A DNA stretch of 63,947 nt from Octopus bimaculoides (lineage: Eukaryota), in the NCBI RefSeq assembly GCF_001194135.2, contig NC_068990.1:79974504-80038450 (forward strand), in the 5' to 3' direction. Under the pieces are notes generated by a model that had not been told where the DNA came from, ran no database searches, and saw only the letters and a program-made list of their open reading frames with translations. This document shows, piece after piece, positions 12,987 through 27,235 of this stretch; position 1 is the first letter of the stretch; the number at the start of each line of letters is the position of its first letter. The position numbers and the translations under genes were made by a program.

Positions 12987-13712
12987 TTTTAGATAGACAG
13001 AGTGACTGCGGCATACATATGTCATTGACCGTTATTATTCATATCTAAATTTGTTCTATTACAACAGACAGTGTTCACACTTTTCTTCTAGGCCACACTT
13101 AAATCAAAATCAATATAAAAAAAAACTTTCACCGATTCACGTGCCCTAAACAGAAACAAGCGTTAATTTTCTTCTTCCTGTGTATTTAGATATTTTCTCT
13201 CTACGACTAACTAGTTTAAGAATAAGCGATGCTCTGGGATATTTTTTTATATAACAAATGGAGTATTTTTCTTACATTCTTTTATTCCGTTGCTTATTCT
13301 CCGCAAACGTATATAAGAGTTGATTTACTGCAATTATCGAAAACTTTCATTTTTCAATTTTTGTTTATAAATCTATTTCGGTATGTTGGGAGAAACCACT
13401 TTAAAAATTTAATGATTTCATTTCATTGCCACAAAAATTCTTGCAGATGTGCCGCTTCTTTATAAGTTGAGTCACATACAAAGCAACGTGTTAGTCTGAA
13501 CACCTGGGAATAACCGTTTACACATAGTAGTCAAACGTTCCTCTAAAAAATAAGAATACACTCTTAATAGTATTTTTTTTAACGTACTGATAATTTGCAT
13601 AATGCAATCTTAGATAAATTATGGCTGAAGACAAGATGTGATATCCATGTCTTTAATGATAATATTGTTCGGTGAAATGGAAGCAGCAGCAGCAGTAGAG
13701 GCGGCAGTAGTT

Positions 13713-13769
<57 letters not shown>

Positions 13770-14520
13770 ACAAAAGTAACTAGCCATAAAAATATCATAA
13801 CTAAAGCAGTTACCTCTATTGGTGAACGTTGTTAAATATGAGGACGTCTTATGGTAATGACCCCTTGCCACTGTGTCGCATATCGATGCGATTTCCCATT
13901 AATTACGTTACTAGTTACATATACGTTCAAACACACACACACACACTTAGATATATAGTTATATATACTTAATTAACTGCATAGTAGTCGTAGCAATCAA
14001 AGGAAAAAGAACTACAACCAAACATAAAAATATGCAAATTCATCGCTTTGACTTTTAAATGGTCCATTTCACTCGGCTGTAAATAAGTATAACAGTGCAG
14101 AAAGACTTCATCGTTGTTGCACCTCTGCAGATCCAGGCTGACCTTCAATTTGAACATCTCTGTATAGTTCTGGACATTTTTTGGGGGAAGACTGACAGAT
14201 TGNNNNNNNNNNNNNNNNNNNNNNNNNNNNNNNNNNNNNNNNNNNNNNNNNNNNNNNNNNNNNNNNNNNNNNNNNNNNNNNNNNNNNNNNNNNNNNNNNN
14301 NNNNNNNNNNNNNNNNNNNNNNNNNNNNNNNNNNNNNNNNNNNNNNNNNNNNNNNNNNNNNNNNNNNNNNNNNNNGGATGAGTCGCTAACTTTGGCTGAA
14401 ACATCTTGCCACGATTGTCGCTGCAAGTGTAGCTGAAAGAACTCGAAGAGCCAGAACATAGACCGCGGGGCATCTCGCCGACCCTCTTACAGTTTCGCCA
14501 GTTCACTGCCTTGGACTGTT

Positions 14521-14626
14521 CAGCCCCAAAAGGATAAAAAGCAAAGTTAACCGCGGACAGATTGAGCTCAGACATCCTGAACAACGCAGTGCAATCTGTC
14601 CAGCATTCTAACTCCGCCAATTCGCC
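14521..14626 (-). mobile_element. Old SINE family B copy
   Basis: Minus: GGCGAATTGGCGGAGTTAGAATGCTGGAC...CTGAGCTCAATCTG...GGTTAACTTTGCTTTTTATCCTTTTGGGG, which aligns to the family B head and body. Confidence 0.55.
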
Positions 14627-14841
14627 ACTTTCATCACATTAAGCGGTGGAATATTAACCTCCTCCTCCTCCTCCTCCTCCTCCTCGTCGATGTCGTCGAT
14701 GTCGTCGATGTCGTCGTCGTCGTAGTCACCGCCGAAGTTATTGTCATTAAAAGGGATGATAGATGGCGGAATCGGTACTGTGATGGGCAGAATCCTCTCA
14801 GGTTATTTATTTAAGGCTCTTTAACCGTCGAGTTCTAATCC

Positions 14842-15028
14842 AATACTTCTTATTTTCTCCATGAACCGAGGGTTACAATTATTAGTCTCAGAACTCAACA
14901 CTGCAGATGACTCAGTTTCACGTACTTTTGGTCAGCAAGCTATCACCCGTATAACTGGAGCAATTTAATATTTCACTTAACTACTAAACTATATTTATTA
15001 CCAACAGGTTTATTTTGATTTAGCTGAC
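14842..15028. repeat. Second copy of the 187-bp duplicated segment
   Basis: Identical to 11350-11536 with unrelated flanks. Confidence 0.9.
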
Positions 15029-15230
15029 GGTGGTGGTGGTGGTAGGACCTTTGTCCAACGTCCTGCATTGAATGAAGATAGTACCAGTCAAATGTTTGGG
15101 TGTTAATCGTTTATGCCTAACCATCTCAACTACTTATGATATAAATAATTATTATTGTTAGCAGGAGCAGTAATCGAAGAAAAAGAAGCTATAGTAGTAG
15201 TGGCAGCAGCAGCAGTAGTAGTAGTAGTAA

Positions 15231-15273
<43 letters not shown>

Positions 15274-15824
15274 GGTGGTAGTTGTGGTGGTAGTTAGTAA
15301 CAGCAGTAGAAGCACCAGCAGCTATACTAGTATTATTTATTGTTCACTTGCAAACCAGACTAGTTATATTCACGCCGTATTATTACACAAATTACATTTT
15401 TTAAAAATATTCATAATATTATAAATATTTAAACAATTTACTGCTAATTTCGATATGAGTAATGCAATTGTAAATAGAGGGGATGTTATCATATGTGTTT
15501 TTACTAATGTATATAAAATATTTGCAGCTAGCAAAATAAAAATTAATAAACAAATAAATGTATTGCTAAGTATGACGTAAATCGGTATAGAAAGAAAATT
15601 TCATTATAAGACACTCGACAGTTTTATGCTTCAGTAATGTCAAGAAGCCATATATATATATATTCTTGCAATGATATTTGACAAATAGCTCACAAATGAC
15701 GCATTTAAACTACATCACTATTGTAATTTAGCCGACAAAATCTACCTGTTGAACGAAAGCTTGTCTCATATCCATGTCATTTTTCTTCTCCACACAGACA
15801 CACACGCACACAGAGACATGTACG

Positions 15825-15884
<60 letters not shown>

Positions 15885-16205
15885 GAGGTCATAATTTACA
15901 AACAGCGAAAAATTATAATAAAAATGTGTCTTTTTACGAGGTTCTCGAACGTAAATGTAGGTATAAAATAAGAGCTCATAATATACTGGTTAAAAGCAAT
16001 TACCCTGGGTGGAAAAATATGGTGAACACTACCCACGGGCTTTGCTCCTCGTGTGTAATGGTATACTATGGGACCTTGTTTTTCTGTTCAAGGTTTTATT
16101 GTTTTTAAACAGTATATTGCGAGCTGTTTTTGAAAGTTAAATATGCTTTCGAGAAACATAGTATAAGCACCATTATATACGTGAGGTGAAAGACAGGTGT
16201 TATAA

Positions 16206-16329
16206 GTCCAACAGCTGTTTCTGGGGGTTTGGAGATCCATGGTAATGTCGGTAGATGTAGTTCATCTCAATATGCGGTCGTAATGGATGCAATCAACATA
16301 GGATAAGACGAGCCTCTGTCATCAGGGTA
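16206..16329 (-). ncRNA. Degenerate hammerhead-like motif related to the one at 57103
   Basis: Minus: ACC-CTGATGA about 95 nt upstream of CCCCCA-GAAAC-AGCT-GTT-GGAC, the same CCCA-GAAAC-AGCT-GT signature as 57103-57150. Stems I and II are weak. Confidence 0.3.
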
Positions 16330-16516
16330 GAGAAGATCTTACATTTCACATCTTAGTGCAGAGAAGTTCAAAGATGGAATGACTAAATGTGGAGAGCCAT
16401 CTGAATTAGAGGTGGGAAGTAGGAAGGTCGGTGGGATTATTAAGACAGGTGGGATTGTTAAGACAAGGAATGATGAGAGGAGATAAGAGAGTTGGTTCAG
16501 TAGAGTCAGCAATCTA

Positions 16517-17696
16517 CAGGGTAGGGCAGATAGGACAGACGTTTTTGAAAAATTCACAATATCATTAATTTTGGCTGCAAACAAATTTTGACATCAATGT
16601 GTCTGTATTGAATTAGCATATAAGTGTGGAAAACAACATTTATGATGTGGTGTCCGTTTTCATTCACTACATTTCTGAAGCCGTTCTTGGAAGTTGGCCT
16701 CCACTCTCTCCAGCATTGCTCTGTCGATTTGGCGACTTCCACGCGAATAGCTTCCCTTGAATCAAATCGTCCAATGTACGGGCTTATGGGCATACATACG
16801 TAGCTTGAGGTTTTCCCCCGCAAGAAACAATCACACATGGACAAATCAAGGGACCGAGCAGGCCAAGGAATATTTTCAAACCTAAAAATGTGGCGGTCAC
16901 CAAATGGAGAGCGAAGAAGGTCCATTGATGCTCTGGCTCTGTGGGCCGTTACCCTATCCTGCTGAAACCATACACGTCGAATAGACATACGTTTTCGTCG
17001 TAATTCAGGCACACAAGTTGTTTATCATCGCGATGTAACGCTCGGAGCTCACAGTAATAGCATTTCCATTATTGTCTTAAAAAAACAAAGGACCAATGAC
17101 GGTAGCTTTTCCAACAGCATACCAGACGGTTACATTTGGGCTGTGCAGTGGTCTTTCGTACAGTTCTCTCGGGTTTTCAAGAACCCAATAGCGATAGTTC
17201 TGTTGATCCCCATGCCACTGAGATGAAAATGAGCTTTATCACTCATTAACAAAATGAGGTTGTCATTTGCCTCAAAAATTGCTTCCATCTAACGTGCAAA
17301 ATTAAGCCGCTGTACATAGTCCAATGACCAATTTGTACAAGTGGAAATGCAGGTCTTCATGCAAAACACGCCTTACCGATCGATTACCGATGCTAAGTTC
17401 AGTGGAATTCCTCCGAGCAGAGCGATTCGGACTCCGTATCAAAGCTTGTCAGACGCGTTCCACATTTTCCGGGGTCCGTACCATTCGTGGTGCCCCCACC
17501 GGTCTCCTACTCAATGTTGAAGTGGCGCTGAAACTCACGTTGAACTGCTGTGACAGACTCGATATTCTTCATGTAACTGTCGTAGGCAAACGCACGATGC
17601 TCCACGGACCGAATGGTATATGTCGGACATATGTCTCTTCCCCTGGGGTTGAGTAATAGCCATTTCACAAACGTCCGTCCTCTCTGCCCCACCTTG
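16517..17696 (-). mobile_element. Near full-length decayed Tc1/mariner transposon, rosa (DD41D) type
   Basis: TIRs of about 34 bp (CAGGGTAGGGCAGATAGGACAGACGTTTTTGAAA vs CAAGGTGGGGCAGAGAGGACGGACGTTTGTGAAA) are flanked by TA at both ends. The N-terminus reads VEHRAFAYDSYMKNIESVTAVQREFQRHFNI. The catalytic region WFQQD...WPARSLDLSMCD has 41 residues between the last two Asp. Frameshifted and interrupted by stops. Confidence 0.92.
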
Positions 17697-18316
17697 TACA
17701 AGTGTTCGCCCGATGCGCTTTTAGAGTACTTCAATTTAAGTACTTAGGATGTATTTTCCCTTTTACCTCTATTTGTCCCGTATTCCTGATGTGGGATGTA
17801 CGTAGATATTTAGTCTCTTCCCAGGGAAGCATAATTTACAAATATTACTTCTGTTCTTTTTATTGCTTGGTTTTTAGCAGTTACTTCCCTTTCACCCTGA
17901 AATTTGAGGCTGTCTTTCAAAAATCAGAAGTAGTGGTGTATATGTATTATGTTTAATCTGTGTGTGCGTGTAAATATACTTATTTAGAGACACTGGTGTA
18001 TGAATATGAGTGCGTGTATGTGCGCGCGCATGTATGTGTGCATATGCTGATACGTATGTTTGCATATGCTGATACGTATGTGTGTATTATATGACTAAGG
18101 AACGCATGTGCGTGTGTATTCAGATATGTACATATACTTAGTAACAAATCTTAACGAGGAATACTCTGTTCGGGTGAAGGAACAAGTTAATTCCCATGCC
18201 TCAAAATTGATCTATTATCTTGAGTCCATCCATGTAAACGGAAATACACAAATATAACGTTACATCACGAAATGACTCCCAGTATATCGCGCAGAGCGTA
18301 TTGTAATATGCATCGG

Positions 18317-18362
<46 letters not shown>

Positions 18363-18436
18363 NNNNNNNNNNNNNNNNNNNNNNNNNNNNNNNNNNNNNN
18401 NNNNNNNNNNNNNNNNNNNNNNNNNNNNNNNNNNNN

Positions 18437-18474
<38 letters not shown>

Positions 18475-21394
18475 ACATACATATTCACACATACATACAC
18501 ACATATACCCTATTTAATGCACACAGTACAAACAGACATATTTATTTACACGTATAAAAGGCCTTTTGTACATAGCACAGTACATCTTGGGAAATCATCA
18601 GCTTATGTAGATGGTACAAGAATTTGCAATGAATGGAACAATTTAAAATAAAATTTCAGATAACCAGGATTGGGTTATTGAATAGAAATACTCTCTTCGC
18701 TAAGAGAAAAGTTTTTATGCCGAATAGTGGTTTGCTTTCTATATTGAATAAAGCACAGATTTCTATGAGCGGAAACAAGCAGTTCAAAACGTGATATGTA
18801 TGTGGAATTTATATGCGCAAAACAGGGAAACAAGTGAATGGGTGTGATGGTTATATTGCAACAGAATCGATAAAAAAACCTAACAAACTCTCCTGAAAAT
18901 TAGTAACGAATTGCAAAATGCTTAGATGTATGGTAGGGACAGATGTAGAAAGTGCATGATTCTTGGAAGCAACAAACATTACTTCCACGCGAAGCAGTCT
19001 ATTTTGTACACCACAAAAAATATAACCAAAATAGTGAGTTTAATAACTTTATCTTTTAAATACTTGACGGATATTTCTAACTGCAAATTTACAAGAGACT
19101 AAAACTATTTCGGTGAAACGTTCAACTTTCAATGCCTTATTGTATTAGGTTTTGTAGCTCTTGTGCTCAAAATTAAATAGGTGCTTTAAACACCGATTTA
19201 AGTAAAAAATAAAGTGTGCTGCTGTAATAAATGTGTACGCGTATGTATGTATGTATGTATGTATGTATGTATGTATGTATGTATGTATGTATGTATGTAT
19301 GTATCTATGTATCTTTTGTATCTAATCATTTAAATTCTTCCTCTGAAGAAGGAGCTGGTTTCTAGCAATGATACAAAACTCCATCTTAGGAATGTAGATA
19401 ACGAAAACAATGTCACAATTTAAACTTGAGAAGAGTCTCACATAGTCTTACTGTTCCGCTTACATTTTGTAATTGTAATGTGCGAACCATCTGGTTGGTT
19501 TCTTTTTCTGTTTGTCTCTCTGCATGTTTAAAATACAGAAAACCTGTATTGTCTTCTATACTTTATAAAACTTCCCATGCATTTCTTCAAATTAATTACC
19601 AAGGTCTTTGTTGTGTTTTATGAAGTATAACATACTATGGTTTACATATTGCTGGTATGTACACTGTATTTCGCTTTGCAAACATATGCTACCAAATATA
19701 TTAAAGGTTTATAAGTCGGTTCTGTGTCCTACGTTTTTCATTAGTAGTGCGATACAATCACTTTCAAGTTATCTATACATATTCTCTATTGAAATTAGGG
19801 CTAGTACTGAAAGTTATAACGTTTCGTTTACAAATATGTCTATATAAATAATGCGATCAAAGATAGGAAAAACATGTAATTGGTGCAAATTCGTATTTCA
19901 AGAGTTATTGCTCAATCTTCAGTACCACATCCAACGCATTAACCACACACGAACACATTGCTTAAATAGCCACTAAGTTTAGCGGCGTAATTGTATTGGA
20001 TAGACTATGTTCCATATTAAACACATTCCTGGCAACTTGTATGTACATATCAATTGCTTGTGTTACATATTAATTGCACCGTATTTCGTTTTGCAAATGT
20101 AATATACTACCGAGTATATTAAAAGTTTATAGATCAATACTGAATCCGATTGTATCGCACTGCTAATACAAAAATTAGGGAACAGTATTGATTTACAAAA
20201 CTTCAACATACGGAGTATATTTCTCGATCTTCGATCTCATTGTTTACATAGATGTATTCGTATACGAAACTTCGTAACTTTAAAAGAAGAAAACTTAAAA
20301 GAAGTAAAAAATGAATTTGGTGTGGAGAGGGTGAAAATTAAAATATTGAGAACGTGTTCTGTGGGTGAAATCGTAATATCCTGTATCGCAAACATAAGAA
20401 TCGGAAGAAATTTAGGAAAAAATAAGGGCAGAGGAGCGGAAATGTCACATAGGACATGCTAGAAAGAGGGGTAAATGATAGGATATATATATGTACATGA
20501 AGCATAGACAAGTACCTGAGTGTTGGGGTTGTCAATAAAATCATAGTGCATAGTGGTGCAATGGACATCAAGTATAATGGCAATGATACACTTTAATTGG
20601 AAACTACATAATTACTGATGAATTATGGAATCATGATTTTAAATAATTTTGAGAAAAATATAGCAAAGAATTAAATATATTGCATGACTTGTTTCATTAA
20701 TAATTTTTTTGTATAACAATAATAGGTTTTTCAATAGCTCAAATATTAGTACAAATTTTCTAAAACCTTAAATCATATATTTAAGAATCTCCAGTGAATA
20801 TAGATAGCTCTTTGACGCAAGGAACATTTAGTCTCTTACTGTGAGTCCGTGGTGAAAATCAGTGCCTTAAGTTATAACATTATCATTTGAAACGAGGCAT
20901 TTAGCTTTCAAAAATATTGATTTCTAACATAAGCACAATCATTGTGCAATTTCGATTTAATCCATATCACTACTGAGTAGTATTTAATTTACTGACCTCC
21001 AGAAAAATAAAAGATAATGTCTATCATGGCAGGATTTGAATGGACTTAGGTGAATACTGCAAAATATTTCTTCGACGTTCAACTGATGCTAGTGGCATCG
21101 ACATCTAAATTTAAAAAGTCAAAGCACATTTATACTGACAACTTACTGATATTAACAATGTTAACTATCTTTAATAATTCTTTGTCAGGTGTCAACTACC
21201 ATTTTACAGTAACAGAACACTTCCCCACTTCCTTTGAAATGATAGATGAAAGATGACGTCACACAACACCACATATCATGCATTTATTAAACACAGACCT
21301 TTGAAGTGATGGAAATATGACAAGAAGTCTTCAAAATGTGTGAAGCCCATTCGAATGGGAGACATAAATATTGGATAGTTTTTGCTACAAACAG

Positions 21395-21505
21395 AGACAA
21401 CTTTCAGTGAATCATTGGTGCAATTCAACTTAGACATGAAACACTGCCAGTATCTCCGACGTTTGAGTATGCCTCACTTTCATTCTGAAAGTGGAAAATT
21501 TCGTT
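21395..21505 (+). other. Possible internal exon (111 bp, phase 1-1), unidentified
   Basis: Acceptor TTTTGCTACAAACAG, donor GTAAGT, and only one open frame (TTFSESLVQFNLDMKHCQYLRRLSMPHFHSESGKFR). No recognisable homology. Confidence 0.15.
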
Positions 21506-21867
21506 GTAAGTTAGGTTGGATAGTAATGATGAAGAGAGAAAGGAGAGCAAATCAAACTTACTAGTTCGAAGTAGCAGAGATCTTTGTAGAATGAGAAAAG
21601 GAGAAACCCAAAAGAAATATTACATATATGAATGAGTGGTTGTAACGAATGAGTAATTACCAATCAACTAAATTACATTCGTGTGTGAAATCGGGAATAT
21701 TACAGTGAGGGGCACAATGTGGTGGCTGACAGATTAAGAGACGCTTGTGGTCACTGAAATATATTGATTGGATCACGAAAAAATTTGATAAATATGCGTG
21801 AACCAAAGTAGGTTTTGGTTGTCGGAGGTTCCAAAAATGGTGAGTTCAAAGAAAGAAATGGGGAGAA

Positions 21868-21956
<89 letters not shown>

Positions 21957-23447
21957 GGATAGGGGAAGGAAGAGAGGTTAAAGATGATGTTGATTTGAAA
22001 TAGACATCCTTGCTGAACTTGCAGAAATATAGAATAGAGATTTAAGTGATATAGATGAGTGGTATGGTAATGGTTTTTCTAAATTGGTTCGGAAACAAAC
22101 TAACAAGATAAATGTAGAATGTAGAGAGTAACCTAACTGCTGAGATGGGCTATTTACAGTGAATGAAAGACGTGTGTTTCAGAGAATGATCGCAATTTTG
22201 ATGTTTCCATAGAGTATATACTTGAAGATAGCCTTTTGTCTATCATGTTGATTTGATAATTCATAATAAAGAGCTATTCTTCTTCGATAAGGTACGGCTG
22301 TTCCACATTAGGTTTTTAACCTAAATTTCATAGACAGTGAAGCGATAGTTGCTAGAATACATACAAGTCAGCATTTTGATCCTTGATAAAATATGTAATA
22401 ACAATTTGAGAAGTTTTAATATCATCTGCTGATATTTTTATATTTAGTCAATATATATCTTATAACTAATTTATCAGGGCAATTAGATTTATCCACTTTA
22501 ATTGTTGTTTTCACGAAAGTTAATCTATTTTGTTTCTTATAGCCGTTTGTTTAACATCAGATCTTATTATTTTTTTATGTGCACTATTAAAGTATGTGAA
22601 ATACATTTCTGTAATTTAATAATAAGACAACTATAATTCCAGCTCTGACTGAAACAATTGTATGGTTTCGGTTGCAGGTGTATGGGTCTCCTTGTTCTTG
22701 GATAATTGTGTGATGTTTACGCTTTTATCTAATCAGTTGACATGTATGTCTACATTCCTTATATCGTATTTTGCTCTGTATCGTATTCCATTCTTCCTCA
22801 CTGTGATTATAATAACGTTTGTTTTTACTTCGGGGGAGAATATTGCTTTGTGTACAAAATCTTTAATGTATTTATACCTTCTAATTATTTCATCGCCTTT
22901 AAGGTTTTTATAATATTATTTTATATTTCTTGTACAGCATTTTTATTTTTAATTTCTCTCTTCCGCAACTAATAAAGAAGTTTATTGTTTTATATTGTTT
23001 TGCATCATTAATTTATTTCAATGTCGGTATATTAGATCCTACATTTTCTTCAGTTCCTTTTGCCCACAGTTACGTTGTTACACTAATTACATGGCAATAT
23101 ACGTTGCAGTAGAGTATAGAATCTCTTTCAATGGACTGATTCTGATCGACCGTTTATTCTTTAAAGTCTAGCAGGCTGCTGTATTGTATTTCGATACTGT
23201 CTTCATTAGCCATTTATTTTCACTTTTAAGAGTTTTTTTTTATCTATTGTAAGGTATTTCAGGGTATCATAATATTATGATAAGTTCTTGCGATAAGTGC
23301 ATTGTGTGAGTTTACCGCAATACTTTGATCTTTGTAGCTATCATTTGCATGCCCTTAAGTAATATGGTCATGTGTCTTTTGTCTTATTACTCATATGCGT
23401 AATTACACACACAGACACACACAGACACACACACATATTTGTATATA

Positions 23448-23484
<37 letters not shown>

Positions 23485-23510
23485 AGAGAGAGAGAGAGAG
23501 AGAGAGTGTG

Positions 23511-23560
<50 letters not shown>

Positions 23561-24162
23561 AAGGGAGAGGGAGAGAGAAAGAAAGAGACAAATATACACA
23601 TATACACAAACACATTTATGCATGCATGTGTGTATGTATGTATGTGCTCCTATTTATACTAGTCATCGTTTTTCCATTTTATTTTGATATTTATTAACGT
23701 GTAGTCTGTTCCATAGCGGAAACAGTAAGCAAGAAAATAGATGCAAAGCGCGAACTCTCATTGAAAAATGTTTTTATTTCACAAATAACTTTAATGACTT
23801 TAGTAGAGGTGTTCAAATCAAAATTCCGGATATTCTTTTAATGTCAGATAAGATAGCTGCTATATCCGTTTCCATCACTTATTTTATCTTGTTTTACAAA
23901 ATGAATTCTTATTTATGATTCGCATTTCTTGAAGTTAGAAAAGTTGATATTTAATCTTTCTTGACATTTCGTATACGTGACAAAATGTCACTTATTTTTT
24001 GAAAGAATATAGGTGATTAAATTGAATTTTATTTGTTCTATTTGAATTAAAGGAGATATCAACATCAGTGGGATTTGAACTCAGCTCGCAAAGGGTTGTA
24101 TGTCCAGCTCTTTTTGAATTCTGCCACCTACGGCCCTTTTTTTATATTTTCATTATCCTTTA

Positions 24163-24530
24163 TCTTTTATCTTTCACTTGTTCCAGTCATTTGACTGCGA
24201 CCATGCTGGGGCACCATCTTGAAGAATTTTTAGTCGAATGAAACAATTCCAAGCCTGGAACTTAGTCTGTCGTCTCTTTTACAGAACTGTTAAGTTACCG
24301 GGACGCAAACACACCAGCAACAGTTGTCAAGCGATAGGTGGCAGACAAACACAGACACAAACACACACGCACGTGCACACATATTTATATTCGACGAGCT
24401 TCTTCCACTTTTAGTCTAGCAAATACAATCATAAAAACTATAGTAGAAGACATTTACCCAAGGTACCGCACAATAGGACTAAAACCGGATCCATTTGGTT
24501 GAGAATCAAGCTTCTTACCAAAGAGCCATT
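24163..24530 (-). mobile_element. SINE family A, full-length diverged copy
   Basis: Reverse complement has the head (GGCTCTTTGGTAAGAAGCTTG), the internal CA/TA tract and the tail GGTGCCCCAGCATGGTCGCAGTCAAATGACTGGAACAAGT. Confidence 0.75.
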
Positions 24531-24967
24531 GATCACTTTTAAAGTCTAACTATCGTTATCTTCCATAAATATTACAGCAATATACTCATCGAACATCAAC
24601 TTCAATGTGAGAGTTATTATTTTAGATGGTGTTGACATCCTGAGTCAGCTTCGATATTTTGTTTCGTTAACTTCCTCGACCGTCTCAATTTTTCTGAGGA
24701 AAAATACTTCGTCTTACGTTTATCTCTCTATTCACATTGGCATTAGAAGACAAGAGATACTTACATTTATCAAACTTTTGGTAGCTTTAAACATACCAAT
24801 CTAAATTCCTTGTTGTCTAATAATCAATATTAACATCAAATTTAATTTGTGCATTCTATTTGCGGAGATCAACATCCTGAAAACTACAAGAATCATCAAC
24901 AGTTTTCAATATTATATGCACAACCACGTAACGTATACAATATATCTTTCATGTATGCATATATTTA

Positions 24968-25120
24968 TTGTCTTTCATTTATTTCAGTCATTGGATTGCG
25001 GCCATACTGGGGTATCTCCTGCAAGGGTTTAGTGGAACAAATCAAATAATTTTTCAAAGCATGGTACTTATTCAACCGAGCTCTTTTTGCCGAAATGCTA
25101 GGTAACAGAGATGCCAAAAA
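24968..25120 (-). mobile_element. SINE family A 3' half
   Basis: Reverse complement contains GAATAAGTACC and CCCCAGTATGGCCGCAATCCAATGACTGAAAT. Confidence 0.65.
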
Positions 25121-25618
25121 ACAAAAACAAAAACAAAAAACAAAACAAAAAACAAAAACAAAACAAAACAAAAAATGAAACCCGGTTCTGAAGCACAAAG
25201 AGAAAGATACATGCATATAGAAAACAAAGAGAAAATATACTGTATCGCCTTACTGTCTTATGTGAGTCGTTTTGCTATCCTATATTTTCTATCGGGAATT
25301 GTTTTTAATGTCTAATATATACACACATACATATATACATAATGCCATATATGCAATGACATCCATATAATGATATTCATATGTGCAATGACATCCGTGC
25401 ATGCACTGATGTGTACGTGTACATATACGTATATATATTCATACATTAGTACATGTCTACATGTATGAGTACTTGTCTACATGCATGCTTACATAAACAT
25501 TCACATACAAGACTAACGTGTTGACGCTGTCTAAATTTCAATAAAAGAGAAATTTTTTCCGAGTAAGAAACCAGATCTTCTTCCAATGGCGAAAAAATCG
25601 TACGTCTGTATGTGTGTG

Positions 25619-25695
<77 letters not shown>

Positions 25696-26539
25696 GCCTG
25701 TATGCGTGTGTGTGTCTATACGTAAGTACGTAAACTACGTAATATTTTTGAATGCTTATCGCACATACTTCTATTACATTTGAGCACACGTCACATTGAC
25801 ACGCGGTGTCTACTTGTAAGATATAATGGCGTAAGTGATGAAATAAGTGAACAGCTTGAAAGCTGCTACAGCCATGCTATTTGGTCACTCGAAAATTTAA
25901 ATATGTATGAATCTCCATACAAGTCTCAATTGCACATATATTCGTGAATATAATTTTCCTTTTCTTCAGAATCATGACATCGTCTCATTTTTGTTGTTGA
26001 TTTCTATCATGTCGTTTATATGTTTGCTTTGTCATTATTACCTACATGTAGAGTATTGTAAAACATGTTTTAACAGTTCTGAAAATACTATCAATACTTT
26101 TATTTGTTATTTGTGCAGGGAGAGAGTGAGATAAATTTCCTTTTAAATATACTGTCGTTTCATTTTTATGCATTGCTCTTTGGATGCGTAAGACAACGAC
26201 TCGACTAAAGAAGATCTAAAAGAGAATGAAGAAATATTTAACAAGTAGTTAAAACGGAACCCACAGACATAATATTCTGGTATTCGGTTATGTAACAGTA
26301 TTAATAATACGAAAGTCATTTATCTTGTGACAACTTAAATATGTTGTCAATGTTCTGCTGTTTCAGGAAACGTTCACTTGAACATCATTTGTCTTAGTTT
26401 GAAAGAATTCGATAAAATATGTTAAAGCGATTTTAGTGACTGAAAATCAAATATGTATGGATGCTTCATAAATACTGCCATGTGAGTCTTTTCCCGGATA
26501 CACAAGCAAACATACATACTTTACATGCGCCCACATGCG

Positions 26540-26574
<35 letters not shown>

Positions 26575-26575
<1 letters not shown>

Positions 26576-26705
26576 GAAGAAGCATGCTTCCCAATCATAT
26601 GGTTCCGGATTCAGTGCCACTACTTGGCAACTTGGCCAAGTTTCCTCTACTATAACACCGGACCGACCGAAGCCTTGTTGGAGCATTTGAAAGACGGAAA
26701 GTTGC
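26575..26705 (+). mobile_element. SINE family A 5' half (diverged)
   Basis: GAAGCATGCTTCCCAATCATATGGTTCCGGATTCAGTGCCAC...CTACTATAAC...GACCGAAGCCTTG...GACGGAAA aligns to the heads at 7124 and 53679. Confidence 0.65.
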
Positions 26706-27009
26706 AAATGATGCAGAGCTCGAACTTATACAAGCTGGTATGGTTGAGTGCCTAGTGTCACGTAGAGAATGTTTATTTACAGAAGAGAGATGTTCTTAGA
26801 ACAATAAGAAGCAGAGAATACAGAAGCGGAAATTCCACTAGACGGTTGGCATTTGTAGATCTGCTGTTTTTATTGATACCAACTTTAATCATGGAACACG
26901 AAGGAAAAAGACCTGGACGCATCAAACACAGGCCCGGAACCACGCCCATCTCAGCACAAGTGCACCCCAGTCAACAGATACCGGATAACGACCTCTAACA
27001 CAAGCTCTG

Positions 27010-27235
27010 GCATCAGACCTGTATTATTGAATATCAGACGTACTTCAATAAAACAAAAACCTCTTTTCTGAAAGACCTCGCTACATGTAATAATGCTTTA
27101 TGCATTGCAGTGGTGGAAACACATCTTAGATATGATGTAGTAGATGTAGAAGTACATGTATTGAATTAGGATGTATTACGAACAGACAAAAGAAGAGAAA
27201 GGAACTACGATGGAGTTGCAGTATACATCCGTGTC
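27010..27235 (+). mobile_element. LINE ORF2 APE endonuclease N-terminal remnant
   Basis: Translates, with a frameshift and a stop, as LLNIR...TSFLKDLATCNNALCIAVVETHLRYDVVDVEVHVLN*DVLRTDKRRERNYDGVAVYIR, matching APE motifs (ETHL; R.D...GVAVYI). Confidence 0.7.

Noticed and set aside
19336-19390. CCT-CTGAAGA-A-GGAG...CTCC...AGG, resembling hammerhead stems I and II
   Set aside because: No GAAA follows the stem II 3' strand, so the core is incomplete.
19881-19928. Minus-strand GTA-CTGAAGA-TTGAG...CTCTT-GAAAT-ACGA-ATT-TGC
   Set aside because: Core words are present, but stem II has two mismatches at its base and stem I has only 3 weak pairs; it cannot be separated from chance by eye.
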